Below, in pieces: positions 1 through 9,344 of a stretch of DNA of 32,000 nucleotides (position 1 is its first letter; each line of letters opens with the position of its first letter). Both the position numbers and the translations under genes were made by a program. The notes under the pieces are model-generated. The model saw only the letters and a program-made list of their open reading frames with translations. It ran no database searches and had not been told where the DNA came from. This DNA is from Planctomycetales bacterium (GTDB lineage Bacteria; 4484-113; JAFGCY01), in the NCBI GenBank assembly GCA_022646745.1, contig CP060262.1:990001-1022000 (forward strand). Reading direction: 5' to 3'.

Positions 1-1433
1 CTGAAGCATTGCACCTTTTCGTAGGAGGCAAGCAGGATGTTGCCATTTGCGTCCAGCACAGGATAGGGTGAGGCCCCGCGGCGTATTTCTGCCTGCCAGT
101 TCAGCTGGCCCTGTGGACTGACTGACACAAGGTCGCCGAAGTAGAGGATCAGGTACACCGTGCCATCCGCAGCAACACTGGGGGAACTGTCAATCGACTC
201 CTCAAGTTCAAGCTCCCACAGCAGATCGCCAGATGGCGATATCGCGAGCAAGCGGTCCTGCCCGTTGTCACAGTAGATGGTGCCGTCTTGCGCGATCGCC
301 GGGCCGTGGTCGATTGTCTGGTCGGTGAAGTACCACCAGAGCAGCTCACCCTCTGCACTGATGCAAAACAAGCGCCTGCCGGCGTCGCCACAGATGATCG
401 CCCCGTCGGAACGCGGCACCGGTGGGCAGGAGATCCAGTTGCCGGCATCAAAGGTCCAGAGCAGGTCACCATCCGCTGTATAACGGTGGATGTAGAAACC
501 CGCTGCCACCAGCAATCCGCCATCCGCCGTAGCGGTCAGTGAACGCACTTCCGACGGTGCTTCCACGCGCCACAGCTCAGTATCGTCCTGCAGGCTGAAT
601 GCGGACACAGTAGCCCAGCCTGTGGCCCTGTAAAGCACTCCTCCGGGCGTGCTGATCAGCTGTATCTCCTCATCCTGTCCGTCGCGGGCCAGCTGGGAAA
701 CCACGACCGGCCCTGCCACGCTGAACGGACTGCGTCCGGTATGCCGGGCATTGCCGCCGAACATGCACCAGTTGTCAATCCCAACCGGCCGGCTGCTGTC
801 GACTGCCGTACCGGAATCCAGCGCCGTCACCCAGTATGTCCAGCCGGCCTGCCTGTCCAGCAGCCAGCTGTACTGCAGCCTGCCTTCACCGCTTCCCTCG
901 GCTGTCGCCAGCTGGCCCAACAGCTGGGCTCCGGGACCGACAGTTCCTGAATCCGCAGGATGGTCTCGGGCCTCATTGCTGCCCAGGACTGCGTAATGTG
1001 TGATCCGCCGGCCGTAGTTGCGGGCGATCACCTGCACGTCAGCGATGTTCACCTCGCCATTGCCATCCCCGTCCAGCATTTGCTGGATGCTGCCCTGTTC
1101 AAATGGCGCGCGCTCACCTAGATGGCGGCTGAGTGGCACAAGGTCAGCAAGGCCGACTTCGCCATCCTGGTTGTAGTCGCCATCGAGCTGGCCCTGCCAG
1201 CTCATTGTGTTGCCATCCAGGCTGATTGCCCAGTTCGATTGCGCACCTGGCGTAACGGTAGCGGCAGCCTTCTCAAGCTCCAGGTAGCGCTCCAGCTCTA
1301 GTTGCATGGCTGCAAGTACTGAATAGTCATGGCTTGCTGCATGGACAGGGGCAGGCAGTTCCTCCTGCTGGACCTGAGCTGATGTGCCAGCACACCCGGC
1401 AATCAACAGCTGCACTGCCAGCAGCAATGCCAT
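1..1433 (-). CDS. Dockerin-containing PQQ-like beta-propeller lipoprotein, N-terminal part only (ORF runs off the left edge, so it is absent from the supplied ORF track)
   Basis: Hand translation of the minus strand from ATG 1433 is open to position 1. An alternative ATG at 1481 overlaps the upstream stop by 11 nt. The product has an MALLLAVQLLIAGC lipobox, then dockerin-like DGDYNQDGEVGLADL...DGDGNGEVNIADV, then repeated DG-x-LLW propeller blades. Paralog of 1471..4806. Confidence 0.75.
   Translation of the reverse strand, partial: MALLLAVQLLIAGCAGTSAQVQQEELPAPVHAASHDYSVLAAMQLELERYLELEKAAATVTPGAQSNWAISLDGNTMSWQGQLDGDYNQDGEVGLADLVPLSRHLGERAPFEQGSIQQMLDGDGNGEVNIADVQVIARNYGRRITHYAVLGSNEARDHPADSGTVGPGAQLLGQLATAEGSGEGRLQYSWLLDRQAGWTYWVTALDSGTAVDSSRPVGIDNWCMFGGNARHTGRSPFSVAGPVVVSQLARDGQDEEIQLISTPGGVLYRATGWATVSAFSLQDDTELWRVEAPSEVRSLTATADGGLLVAAGFYIHRYTADGDLLWTFDAGNWISCPPVPRSDGAIICGDAGRRLFCISAEGELLWWYFTDQTIDHGPAIAQDGTIYCDNGQDRLLAISPSGDLLWELELEESIDSSPSVAADGTVYLILYFGDLVSVSPQGQLNWQAEIRRGASPYPVLDANGNILLASYEKVQCF
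1011..1184 (-). other. Dockerin-like duplicated Ca-binding module inside the partial lipoprotein gene
   Basis: Codons read DGDYNQDGEVGLADLVPLSRHLG...LDGDGNGEVNIADVQVIARNYG, i.e. two EF-hand-like D-x-D/N-x-DG-x-V-x-x-x-D segments. Nucleotide-level similarity to 4132..4305. Confidence 0.65.
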
Positions 1434-1470
1434 CAGGTTGTGCACAGGCTGACAACCAGCCCATCTGAGT

Positions 1471-4400
1471 TCAGTTGCCATTATTCACCCCGAAAGCGAA
1501 GATGCGGTTGTTCAGTCCGCCGATGTAGACATTTCCCGACGCAGATATCGCCGGGGCGGAGATGATTCCGGACTCCGTCGATCGCTTCCACAGTAATGCT
1601 CCGCTGCTGTCATATGCCAGCACGTTCCCTTCCAGCGTGCCGCAGAAGATGCTGCCAGCCCCGTCCACCGCCACCGGGCTGACAATGCTGCCTTCCACCT
1701 GGTAGGTCCTGAGGCTGTAGCCCAGCGGGCTGATCCTGTGCAGCTCACCCTCCTCACCGCCGGCATAGATGCTGCCATCAGGACCCAGCACTGGCATGCG
1801 CTCCTCACCCTGCCCGCCGAGCTCGAAACTCCACAGCAGCTTGCCTGCCGCGCTGACTGCATGCAACTGGTCAATTCCATCAATGTAGTATGCAGTCCCG
1901 TCCAATCCGACCGCCGGTGCACTGGCTCCGGAGTTGGAGGCAGCGCTCACCCATTCAAGCTGCCCGTCCGTATTCAGCTGGAACAGCCTGCCTCTCGAAT
2001 TCGTGCAAAGCAGTCTTCCACTCGGGCTCTGTGTCGGAGCATACTCGATTGCATTGCCAGTATCGTATTCCCACAGCAGTTCACCATTCCGCGACAGTGC
2101 CCGCAGCACACCGTCACGGCAGCCGAACACCACCAGGCTGTCCGTCACCAGAACGGAGCCGCCAACCGTTTCCGTAGTGGCGTAGTTCCAGCGGAAGCTG
2201 CCGTCCGGGTTATAGCAGATCATGCCGTCCAGCAGGCCGAGGTAGATGTTGCCATCCTCATCAAGTGTCGGCGTGGAAACGGCCGGGTTGTATGTCTCGA
2301 CCTCCCAGCGTACTGAGCCGTCCGGCCAGTAGACATGCAGCATCCTGTCCAGTCCGGCACTGTAGACGGTGCCATCGCTGCCGATCACCGGGGAGCTGCC
2401 GTAGTAGTAGGAATTGTAGTAGATGTCCTGCAGGTTGTATTGCCACAACAGCTCCGCATTGCGCGAGCCGATGTTCTGAGTGGAGCCACGCCGGCTTTTG
2501 TCGTTGCCAAGCGTTGGCCACTGCGGCCCGTCAGTCGGTGAAGGCTCAAGCCTTGAGCCAGCAGGCTCACACCAGGTCATTTCGTTGAAGCCATCGTAAA
2601 TGGCGGAGATCCTGTACTGGTAATCCACGCCAGGCCGGCAGGCCAGCCCAGCGGGCAGGCTGTCATCATGTGAGAATGTCCGTGCATCCGGCCCGGGTTC
2701 GCCCAGTTCCTGCCAGGCACCAGGCTGGACCCCTCCTGTGCGAAGCTGCAGGCTGTAACCGGTCGCGCCGCTGCTCCCTTCCCAGCCCAGTACAATCCGC
2801 TGCTGCTCACTGTCAGGCAGCGCTGTCAGCCCGCGAACACGCTGCGGATCGCCAAAGCAGTAGAGGTTGCCGGATATGTCGCAAAGCAGCAACTCTCCGC
2901 GGGCAGTGATCACCGGGGATGAGGAAATATTGCCCGAGGTCTGGAAGGACCACTCCAGCTGGCCGGAGGGACTGAGGCAGATCAGCAGTCCTCCCTCACT
3001 GCATACGTAAGCCCGCCCGGAGGCATCAAGCACCGCAGCACTGTTCTGGTACAGCTCTGTCCCGTACTTCCATTCGATGTTGCCATTGTGGTCTAGCCTT
3101 GCGAGATAGCGTGCTTCGGAAATGGCAAGCATGCTGCCGTCATGGGAATGCACCGGACTGGCCTTGTAGCCGCCGAAGTCCTGGTCGAAATCCAGTGGAT
3201 CTGACAACAACTGTCCGTCGGCAGTCCGCATATTGAGGATGCCGTACAGGTCATAGTGGGTCAGGATGCCCTCAGGACTGATGGAGACAGATCCCACGCA
3301 GCGGGACTGGAGCTCATCCTGCCAGCTGAGGCTGCCATCCGGGTTGACGGCAATGATCTGTTCGCGGGCCGCATAGATCCTGCCATCGCTGCCGATGGCG
3401 GGCGTGCCATGCATGCCATCTTCCATCGGCACTGTCCAGAGCAGGTTGCCGGAAGGACTGTACGCCGCCAGGCCGGCTTCCTCCTGCCCGATGTAGATAT
3501 CGCCATTTTCAGCAGCAACCGGGTTGTTCCAGCGGTAACGCGCCGGTTCCCCCGGCACTTGCCAGTTGATAGTGCCATCCGAGCTGAGACTTACCAGTGT
3601 GCCCTCTCTTGTCGACACGTAGATGTCGCCCTGCGTACCGATTGCCGGCACAGAGCAGTAGAAATTCCCCAGCTCCTGCGTCCATGCCAGCCTGCCATCT
3701 GCATCAAGTGAAATCAACTCACCATTCAGTGTGCCAGTGATGATGTTTCCATCCGCTGTCAGCACCACGGAGTCCATCAGGTTCGTACCGAAATCCTTCT
3801 TCCAGCGCACGATGCCATGCTGCGGGCCGCAGAAGGGACTCTGGCCACTGTTGCGATTGTCCATCTGGTACGAGAACCAGTTGTCAATCCCCAGCCTCTC
3901 ACTGACGGCGCCATCGACTGCATCGTCAGCAGTGACCAGCCAGTATGAAATTCCCGGAACCTGGAGTGTAGCGAAGCTGAAGCTGCGCCTGCCAGTTGGG
4001 CTGGAAGTGGAGTCCGTGAGCAATACCGTGCCAAGCTCAGTCGTCCCCGTACCATTGGCGGCAAGCCCTCCGGCGCCCGGGTAGTCCAGCTGGCTGCCAC
4101 TGGAGTAGATCGAATAGCCCGTCAGCCGCACGCCGTAGTGCTGTGCAATCGGGGCCACGTCGGCAATGTTGATCTCGCCGTTGCCATCGCCGTCCACCAC
4201 GGATTCGATGCTCGTGAACTCAAAGGGACCGCCTGAAGTGCCCAGCAGTTTCGCCAGCGGGATCAGGTCGGCGGCGTTGACCTCGCCGTTCTGGTCGTAG
4301 TCCCCCGTGTTGCGGTAGTGCCAGCGCAGGGCGCCCCCGGAGTAGCTCAGGGTGATCCGGTCGCGTTCATCCTGCGGCGGGACTGATAGGGAGCGCATGG

Positions 4401-4806
4401 TTTCCGGAATCGCTCCAGCGTGTATCGCGGCTGATTGCCGCCCGGGTGGTCCTGCCTCCTCAACTGATCGGGTTGTCAGCAGGCGACGCAGTTCGGCAGA
4501 TAGTTGCGAAATCAAGTCCGGCTGCACGTCAGCACTCGCCTGCACTGAGTCGATGTCAGCGAGCACAGCCTCAAGAGTGATGCTGCGGGCTGAAAATGAA
4601 CCCCCCGGCGGGCCTGCGCCGGGGTTGAGAGAAGCCTCAGTTCCAGGCGCGCGCAAGGCTGCACCCTGGTTTCCCGGATCCACATATCCCGCTTCCCCGA
4701 CCCGTGGATCGAGTGATCCCGGGTCCACTGCCTGTTTCCCGCCCCCGCAGGACCCAAGCAGCAACATCAATATCCAAAGAACGGACAGTTCAATGCGGCT
4801 GCGCAT
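1471..4806 (-). CDS. Large lipoprotein: N-terminal dockerin module, FN3-like spacers and multiple PQQ-like beta-propeller repeats (1111 aa)
   Basis: ORF track. LLLGSC lipobox after MRSRIELSVLWILM. Dockerin GDYDQNGEVNAADL...DGDGNGEINIADVAPIAQHYG. Many DG-x-(L/I)-x-W blades. GGGGGAGG SD-like run 5 nt before the ATG. Confidence 0.85.
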   Translation of the reverse strand: MRSRIELSVLWILMLLLGSCGGGKQAVDPGSLDPRVGEAGYVDPGNQGAALRAPGTEASLNPGAGPPGGSFSARSITLEAVLADIDSVQASADVQPDLISQLSAELRRLLTTRSVEEAGPPGRQSAAIHAGAIPETMRSLSVPPQDERDRITLSYSGGALRWHYRNTGDYDQNGEVNAADLIPLAKLLGTSGGPFEFTSIESVVDGDGNGEINIADVAPIAQHYGVRLTGYSIYSSGSQLDYPGAGGLAANGTGTTELGTVLLTDSTSSPTGRRSFSFATLQVPGISYWLVTADDAVDGAVSERLGIDNWFSYQMDNRNSGQSPFCGPQHGIVRWKKDFGTNLMDSVVLTADGNIITGTLNGELISLDADGRLAWTQELGNFYCSVPAIGTQGDIYVSTREGTLVSLSSDGTINWQVPGEPARYRWNNPVAAENGDIYIGQEEAGLAAYSPSGNLLWTVPMEDGMHGTPAIGSDGRIYAAREQIIAVNPDGSLSWQDELQSRCVGSVSISPEGILTHYDLYGILNMRTADGQLLSDPLDFDQDFGGYKASPVHSHDGSMLAISEARYLARLDHNGNIEWKYGTELYQNSAAVLDASGRAYVCSEGGLLICLSPSGQLEWSFQTSGNISSSPVITARGELLLCDISGNLYCFGDPQRVRGLTALPDSEQQRIVLGWEGSSGATGYSLQLRTGGVQPGAWQELGEPGPDARTFSHDDSLPAGLACRPGVDYQYRISAIYDGFNEMTWCEPAGSRLEPSPTDGPQWPTLGNDKSRRGSTQNIGSRNAELLWQYNLQDIYYNSYYYGSSPVIGSDGTVYSAGLDRMLHVYWPDGSVRWEVETYNPAVSTPTLDEDGNIYLGLLDGMICYNPDGSFRWNYATTETVGGSVLVTDSLVVFGCRDGVLRALSRNGELLWEYDTGNAIEYAPTQSPSGRLLCTNSRGRLFQLNTDGQLEWVSAASNSGASAPAVGLDGTAYYIDGIDQLHAVSAAGKLLWSFELGGQGEERMPVLGPDGSIYAGGEEGELHRISPLGYSLRTYQVEGSIVSPVAVDGAGSIFCGTLEGNVLAYDSSGALLWKRSTESGIISAPAISASGNVYIGGLNNRIFAFGVNNGN
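4132..4305 (-). other. Dockerin-like module of the 1111-aa lipoprotein (aa 168-225)
   Basis: Two D-x-N/D-x-DG-x-(V/I)-N-x-x-D Ca-binding-type segments separated by about 25 aa, the classic type I dockerin layout. Confidence 0.65.
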
Positions 4807-4921
4807 CTGCGCCTCCCCCCGAAGGGAATGTCCGCCCTACAGCGAATAACTAGATTGTCTTGCGGGCTGAAATGTTACACAGCTCCCCGCGCGCAATCGG
4901 CTTACTGGAAACCGGCGCGGT

Positions 4922-4952
4922 AAAAAAAGCTCACCCAGGGGACGGGTGAGCT
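4922..4952 (-). terminator. Rho-independent terminator of rpmB
   Basis: The minus strand reads AGCUCACCC-GUCCCCU-GGGUGAGCU followed by U7. It is a 9-bp perfect stem, 27 nt after the rpmB stop. Confidence 0.85.
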
Positions 4953-4978
4953 AGGAGGGTTGAGATGAAAGGGGATAG

Positions 4979-5173
4979 CTAGGTTTTGGGGCTGCGGTTC
5001 ATGGTGCGCAGTGCCTTGGCGCACATCTTGACCCGCTTCTTGCGGCCGAACTTGTCAACGATCGTGACCTGGATGAGGTTCGGCTGCCACTTGCGGCGCG
5101 TGTGACGCTGCGAGTGGGACACATTGTTCCCTGACATCGCACGCTTACCGGTTACTGAACAAACTTTAGACAT
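4979..5173 (-). CDS. rpmB: 50S ribosomal protein L28
   Basis: 64 aa, [33 protein letters not shown]..., the characteristic bL28 N-terminus. GGAGAA SD-like sequence upstream. Confidence 0.95.
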   Translation of the reverse strand: MSKVCSVTGKRAMSGNNVSHSQRHTRRKWQPNLIQVTIVDKFGRKKRVKMCAKALRTMNRSPKT

Positions 5174-5315
5174 ATCAGTTCTCCAGGGGGGTTCCAGCAG
5201 ACCGGATCATTGACCCGGCAAGTCCGCCATTTCAGAATTTCGCCTTGCTACTCTTCCTCAGCGAGAACGGCCAGCCGCTCTCAGTCGGGCTCCACATGGA
5301 GCACCCCGTGACGGT

Positions 5316-5344
5316 AGTATATCCGACTGCATATAGCCTGTCAA
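5316..5344 (-). promoter_or_regulatory. Sigma70-type promoter for rpmB (-35 TTGACA, 17-nt spacer, -10 TATACT)
   Basis: The minus strand reads TTGACA (5344-5339), 17 nt, then TATACT (5321-5316). This implies a leader of about 135 nt before the rpmB ATG. Confidence 0.6.
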
Positions 5345-5373
5345 TAGCCCAGGGCCACAAAATTCCGCCTGCC

Positions 5374-6525
5374 TCAGTTCCGTTCCCGGCGCTGCATCAG
5401 CACCAGTCCCATCCCCGCTATCAGCAGGTTCGGGGCCCATGCCGCCAGCATCGGAGGCAGCACCCCGCCTGCCCCCATCTTCTGGCAGACGCTGAGGAGC
5501 ACGTAGTATACCATCACAATCAGGAGCGCCAGGCCCATTCCCATGCTGGTCGAGCTGCGCTGCGGCAGGATCGAGAGCGGAACCGCGATGATGATGAACA
5601 CCAGCGGGGTGAAGGGGATGGCGTACTTTGCGTAGAGCTTCGTACGGAATTCGAGGATCTGCTTGCTCTGGGGATCGGCCCCGCTGGCCAGCTCATCCGC
5701 GATCAGGCGCTCCAGCTGCACGATGCGCAGGTTCTCGACGTCCTGCTTGCGCACCCTGAGCGATTCCGGCGAGATGTTCAGCCCACCGAAGCTGGCCTCC
5801 GCCATGCTGCCGGTCAGCATGCCGGCCTCGCCCGTGTCCGGGTTGCTCAGCGAATAGGTGTGCAGGCGGCGGAAGATCCATGTGCTGCCCTCCCATTCCG
5901 CCTCGTCCGCAATGATGATCTGGTCCCGGGCATGGTCCAGCGGGTCACGCGACAGCAGGAATACGTCAAACAGCAGGTTGCCCTCGGAGTCGTCGGAGAT
6001 CAGCACCCAGCGCAGCTTGCCGTTCTCGTAGATCGGCTGGTTGATCGCCCCCATCTTCACACCGCTGGCCCCGCCGGTCAGCAGGCTGTTCTTCAGGTTG
6101 CGCAGGCTTTCGAGGCCCCAGGGCACGACTGACTCATTGCCGAGGAAGGTCAGGCCCGAGAGGAATGCGCCGGCGATGAAGTATGGTGCCAGCACGCGGT
6201 AGAGGCTGACCCCGCAGGCCCTCAGCGCCGTCACCTGCAGCTCGCTGTTGAGCTTGCCCATGCTGATCAGCGTGCCGAGCAGCACACCCATCGGGATCGA
6301 GAGGATGATGAACTGCGGCGAGGCGTACAGCAGCATCTTCAGCAGCACCGGGGCCGGCACGCTGTACTTGATGATGAACTTCAGTGACTCCTGCAGCACC
6401 ACCGTCACGATGGTGAGCATGCTGAACATCCCGACGCCGAACAGGAAGGGAGCGTACAGCTCCGAAAGGATCAGCTTATCCACTTTGCGCAGGGAGGAAG
6501 ACACCGCTGAAATTATAGACCGCAT
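5374..6525 (-). CDS. LptF/LptG (YjgP/YjgQ) family LPS export permease
   Basis: 383 aa. Multi-TM N- and C-terminal blocks flank a soluble beta-jellyroll-like middle. N-terminus KLILSELYAPFLFGVGMFSML is typical of the family. I cannot distinguish lptF from lptG. Confidence 0.8.
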   Translation of the reverse strand: MRSIISAVSSSLRKVDKLILSELYAPFLFGVGMFSMLTIVTVVLQESLKFIIKYSVPAPVLLKMLLYASPQFIILSIPMGVLLGTLISMGKLNSELQVTALRACGVSLYRVLAPYFIAGAFLSGLTFLGNESVVPWGLESLRNLKNSLLTGGASGVKMGAINQPIYENGKLRWVLISDDSEGNLLFDVFLLSRDPLDHARDQIIIADEAEWEGSTWIFRRLHTYSLSNPDTGEAGMLTGSMAEASFGGLNISPESLRVRKQDVENLRIVQLERLIADELASGADPQSKQILEFRTKLYAKYAIPFTPLVFIIIAVPLSILPQRSSTSMGMGLALLIVMVYYVLLSVCQKMGAGGVLPPMLAAWAPNLLIAGMGLVLMQRRERN

Positions 6526-6832
6526 GCCCGCCGGGAATTCTTGCCTTGCGCGGGAACAAAGAATCTGATATTAGTGTCTATGTCAGTAGCTACCGGTTGA
6601 TGTTTACCTTGGGGGTAAAAGTATGAGACGGCTGAAAGCAAACTGGTGTCAGGCGTTGATTACCCGGCGGTCACGCTGTCAGGGCTGATAGGAGGCCCTG
6701 TCATCCGACCAACGACCCATCCACCCACCCACCAACCAGTTGAAGGCTAAGCCTTAGGATCCGAGTGTGTGGCCGCCGCCCCCTGCTCCGGTAGCTGGAA
6801 CCCCCCTTGCCGCTTCGGGTCATTCGCGCGCT

Positions 6833-8029
6833 TCAGCTCATCGGGATGAATGCTGAGTCGCGGTACGAATTGATCACCACTCCATCTCCACCCGTGTCCA
6901 GAATGCCGAAGGCAAACATCGAACCGAGGTACCACGAATGCTGCTGCCTGCCGGCTTCATCCAGGATGCGCAGCTGGCTGCCTTCCCAGAATCGCAGCAT
7001 CCCGTTGGGGAACATGCGGTAGGGATAGGTGTCCGTGCAGACGGCAATCCGGCCGTCATCCAATGTCGAGACACGTGTGACCGGCTTGCGGAATATCCTC
7101 CGGCAATTGCCTGCGTCATCGATACGGTACAGGCCGGCGGAACCACCGAGCAGCAGCTCTCCCTTGTAATCCAGCAGGCCGCAGTCAAGCATCGAGAAGC
7201 TGCGGTAGAGCATGTCCTGCTCCGGTAATGAAACGAAGGGCTCGACGACACCCTCGGCGGTGATCCGCACGAGGCGCGCTGCATCGTCGTATTCCAGGCC
7301 TTCCTCCATGCAGTACAGCTCTCCCGTGGGGGTGCAAACCTGCACCCCGCTCCCCGGGCTGTACTGCAGGCTGGCAAGCGCCTCGCCTTCAGCACTGATC
7401 ACCCGCACGATGCCGGAGCCGACCGCGAAGATGCGCGGGCTGTCAGGATGTGTGATGGCGGTGGCATTCTCGTAGGGCATGGCGTACTGCCAGAGCATCA
7501 CGCCAGCCTTGTCCAGCGCACAGATGTACTGCCCCTTGCGCACGACCAGCCGGCCTGCGTTTACCTGGGCCCCCATGTTGCCATAGTTGTCAAGCAGCAG
7601 GTCCGTATCCGCCTGGCGCCAGAGTTGCTGCCCGGCCAGGTCAAAGCAGCACAGGCTGTTGTCCTTCAGTTCAACATAAAGCTGGTCCAGCGCATAAGCC
7701 ATCCTGACCGGCTCAGCCAGCAGCGGGCTTCCGCCGATGGACTTTCCCCTGCTATCCACGAGGTACAGTCGCCAGCCGGACTTGGCGGCAACATATCCCG
7801 CCCCGGCCAGTACTCCGTCATGGGCGGCGAGGAAACCCGGACTGACGCTGGCCGGCAATGGCAGGTCCTGCACCCCCGGCGACTTGTACCAGCCGCTGAA
7901 GTACTGCCCCCCGATGACCAGCAGCCACAGCAGCGCGAATATGAACTGCCGGAGATTCCCGAAGGATCCGCCCAGTCGTTTCCCAAGTTCACTCAAGCTG
8001 TCCGGCTGGCCATTCCGTCCTGTTCCCAC
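6833..8029 (-). CDS. Membrane-anchored PQQ/BamB-like beta-propeller protein, function unknown
   Basis: ORF track (GTG start). One N-terminal TM (FIFALLWLLVIGGQYF), then repeats with G-x-x-LW motifs (QQLWRQ, VMLWQY). Confidence 0.65.
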   Translation of the reverse strand: MGTGRNGQPDSLSELGKRLGGSFGNLRQFIFALLWLLVIGGQYFSGWYKSPGVQDLPLPASVSPGFLAAHDGVLAGAGYVAAKSGWRLYLVDSRGKSIGGSPLLAEPVRMAYALDQLYVELKDNSLCCFDLAGQQLWRQADTDLLLDNYGNMGAQVNAGRLVVRKGQYICALDKAGVMLWQYAMPYENATAITHPDSPRIFAVGSGIVRVISAEGEALASLQYSPGSGVQVCTPTGELYCMEEGLEYDDAARLVRITAEGVVEPFVSLPEQDMLYRSFSMLDCGLLDYKGELLLGGSAGLYRIDDAGNCRRIFRKPVTRVSTLDDGRIAVCTDTYPYRMFPNGMLRFWEGSQLRILDEAGRQQHSWYLGSMFAFGILDTGGDGVVINSYRDSAFIPMS

Positions 8030-8105
8030 GCCCGGATTATATGCCAGGCTGTGCCGGAGGATCCAAGTGCAGGATTGGCCTGCTCTGTCCTACAATCAGG
8101 GCACA

Positions 8106-9344
8106 ATGTCATTTGACCAGTACAGGCAGGACCCCGATGGCTTCCGGCAACATTACCAGCAGCCGAAGAAGCCCAACTACACCGGCTGGATCATCGGCTG
8201 CTGTGTGGTGCCGACGGTGATCGGCATCGGCATCGCGATCTGGGGCGCGGTCTGGACAGCACGCACGCTCAGCGGGCAGAACTCCTTCATGTCCAGCATG
8301 CTGCCCAGGGCCGGGGTGACAACCGGCACACAGCTGGCCTGGCAGGAACCGCTCGGGCGCAGCCACATGCTCAGCCCGCACATGGTCTGCGGGGACTTTG
8401 ACGGCGACGGCGCGGAGGAGATCCTGCTGCCCGGCCTGAGCGACATGAACCCCGGGCAGATCATGCAGCAGATGCAGAACCCGAACGCGATGCACTACAT
8501 GTACAACAACGTCACCGTGCAGGCGGATGGCAGTGTCAGCAGGCAGGGCACCAACAGCCCGGTGTACTTCTATGACACCACTGTCTGGGACTATGGCAAC
8601 GATGGCAAGGATGACATTGTCGACCTGTGGAATTCCACGGGCAATGCCGAGGTCTATGACGGCAAGCTCAATCCGCTCACCAGCCTCAGCGGCGGCAGCA
8701 TGGGATTCGGCACGAGCACCGCGGATGTCGATGGCGACGGCGTGCTTGAGCTGGTGCTGACGGATGCCAACCAGACGCAGCAGATGGTCTATGACAGCGC
8801 AGGCAGCCTGCTGCACACCCTGCAGAATGGCAACTCCTACAACCCGGTATGGGGCGACATCGACGGGGACGGCAAGGATGAGCAGCTGATCTGCGTGATG
8901 GGTGGCACCAACGACCTGCTGGTGCGCCATCCCGACAAGCAGGACGTGACGATTGCCAATGTCTGGCCGGACTACGCCTGGCCGACCCTGACGCAGGACG
9001 TGGATGGCGACGGCCGGGACGAGGTGTTCGCCTCGCATACCGGCTACTACAACCCGGCGACGGCCAGCTTCACGAAGTTCAGCTACCCGCTCAGCTACAG
9101 TGCGGACGACCCCAGCCGGATGGTCTATCCGGTGGACATCGACGGCGATGGCATCGTGGAGTTTGCCACCGGCGGCAGCAATTACAGCATGGACTCAGCG
9201 CTGTTCATCTTTGATGCCGCCGGCAACTGCACCTACCACGAGGAGTTCGGTGCCACGGTGGAAAGCAAGGCCGTGATCACTGATGGCAAAGGCCGGCAGC
9301 ACCTGGTTGTACTGTGCGACAACCGCCTGCTGCTGTACCCCTGA
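8106..9344 (+). CDS. Membrane-anchored FG-GAP/VCBS repeat protein
   Basis: In-frame ATG at 8106 (MSFDQYRQ...), chosen because the longer track ORF overlaps the divergent gene. TM segment GWIIGCCVVPTVIGIGIAIWGAVW. Six D-x-DGDG-x-x-E Ca-binding FG-GAP motifs. Confidence 0.8.
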   Translation: MSFDQYRQDPDGFRQHYQQPKKPNYTGWIIGCCVVPTVIGIGIAIWGAVWTARTLSGQNSFMSSMLPRAGVTTGTQLAWQEPLGRSHMLSPHMVCGDFDGDGAEEILLPGLSDMNPGQIMQQMQNPNAMHYMYNNVTVQADGSVSRQGTNSPVYFYDTTVWDYGNDGKDDIVDLWNSTGNAEVYDGKLNPLTSLSGGSMGFGTSTADVDGDGVLELVLTDANQTQQMVYDSAGSLLHTLQNGNSYNPVWGDIDGDGKDEQLICVMGGTNDLLVRHPDKQDVTIANVWPDYAWPTLTQDVDGDGRDEVFASHTGYYNPATASFTKFSYPLSYSADDPSRMVYPVDIDGDGIVEFATGGSNYSMDSALFIFDAAGNCTYHEEFGATVESKAVITDGKGRQHLVVLCDNRLLLYP

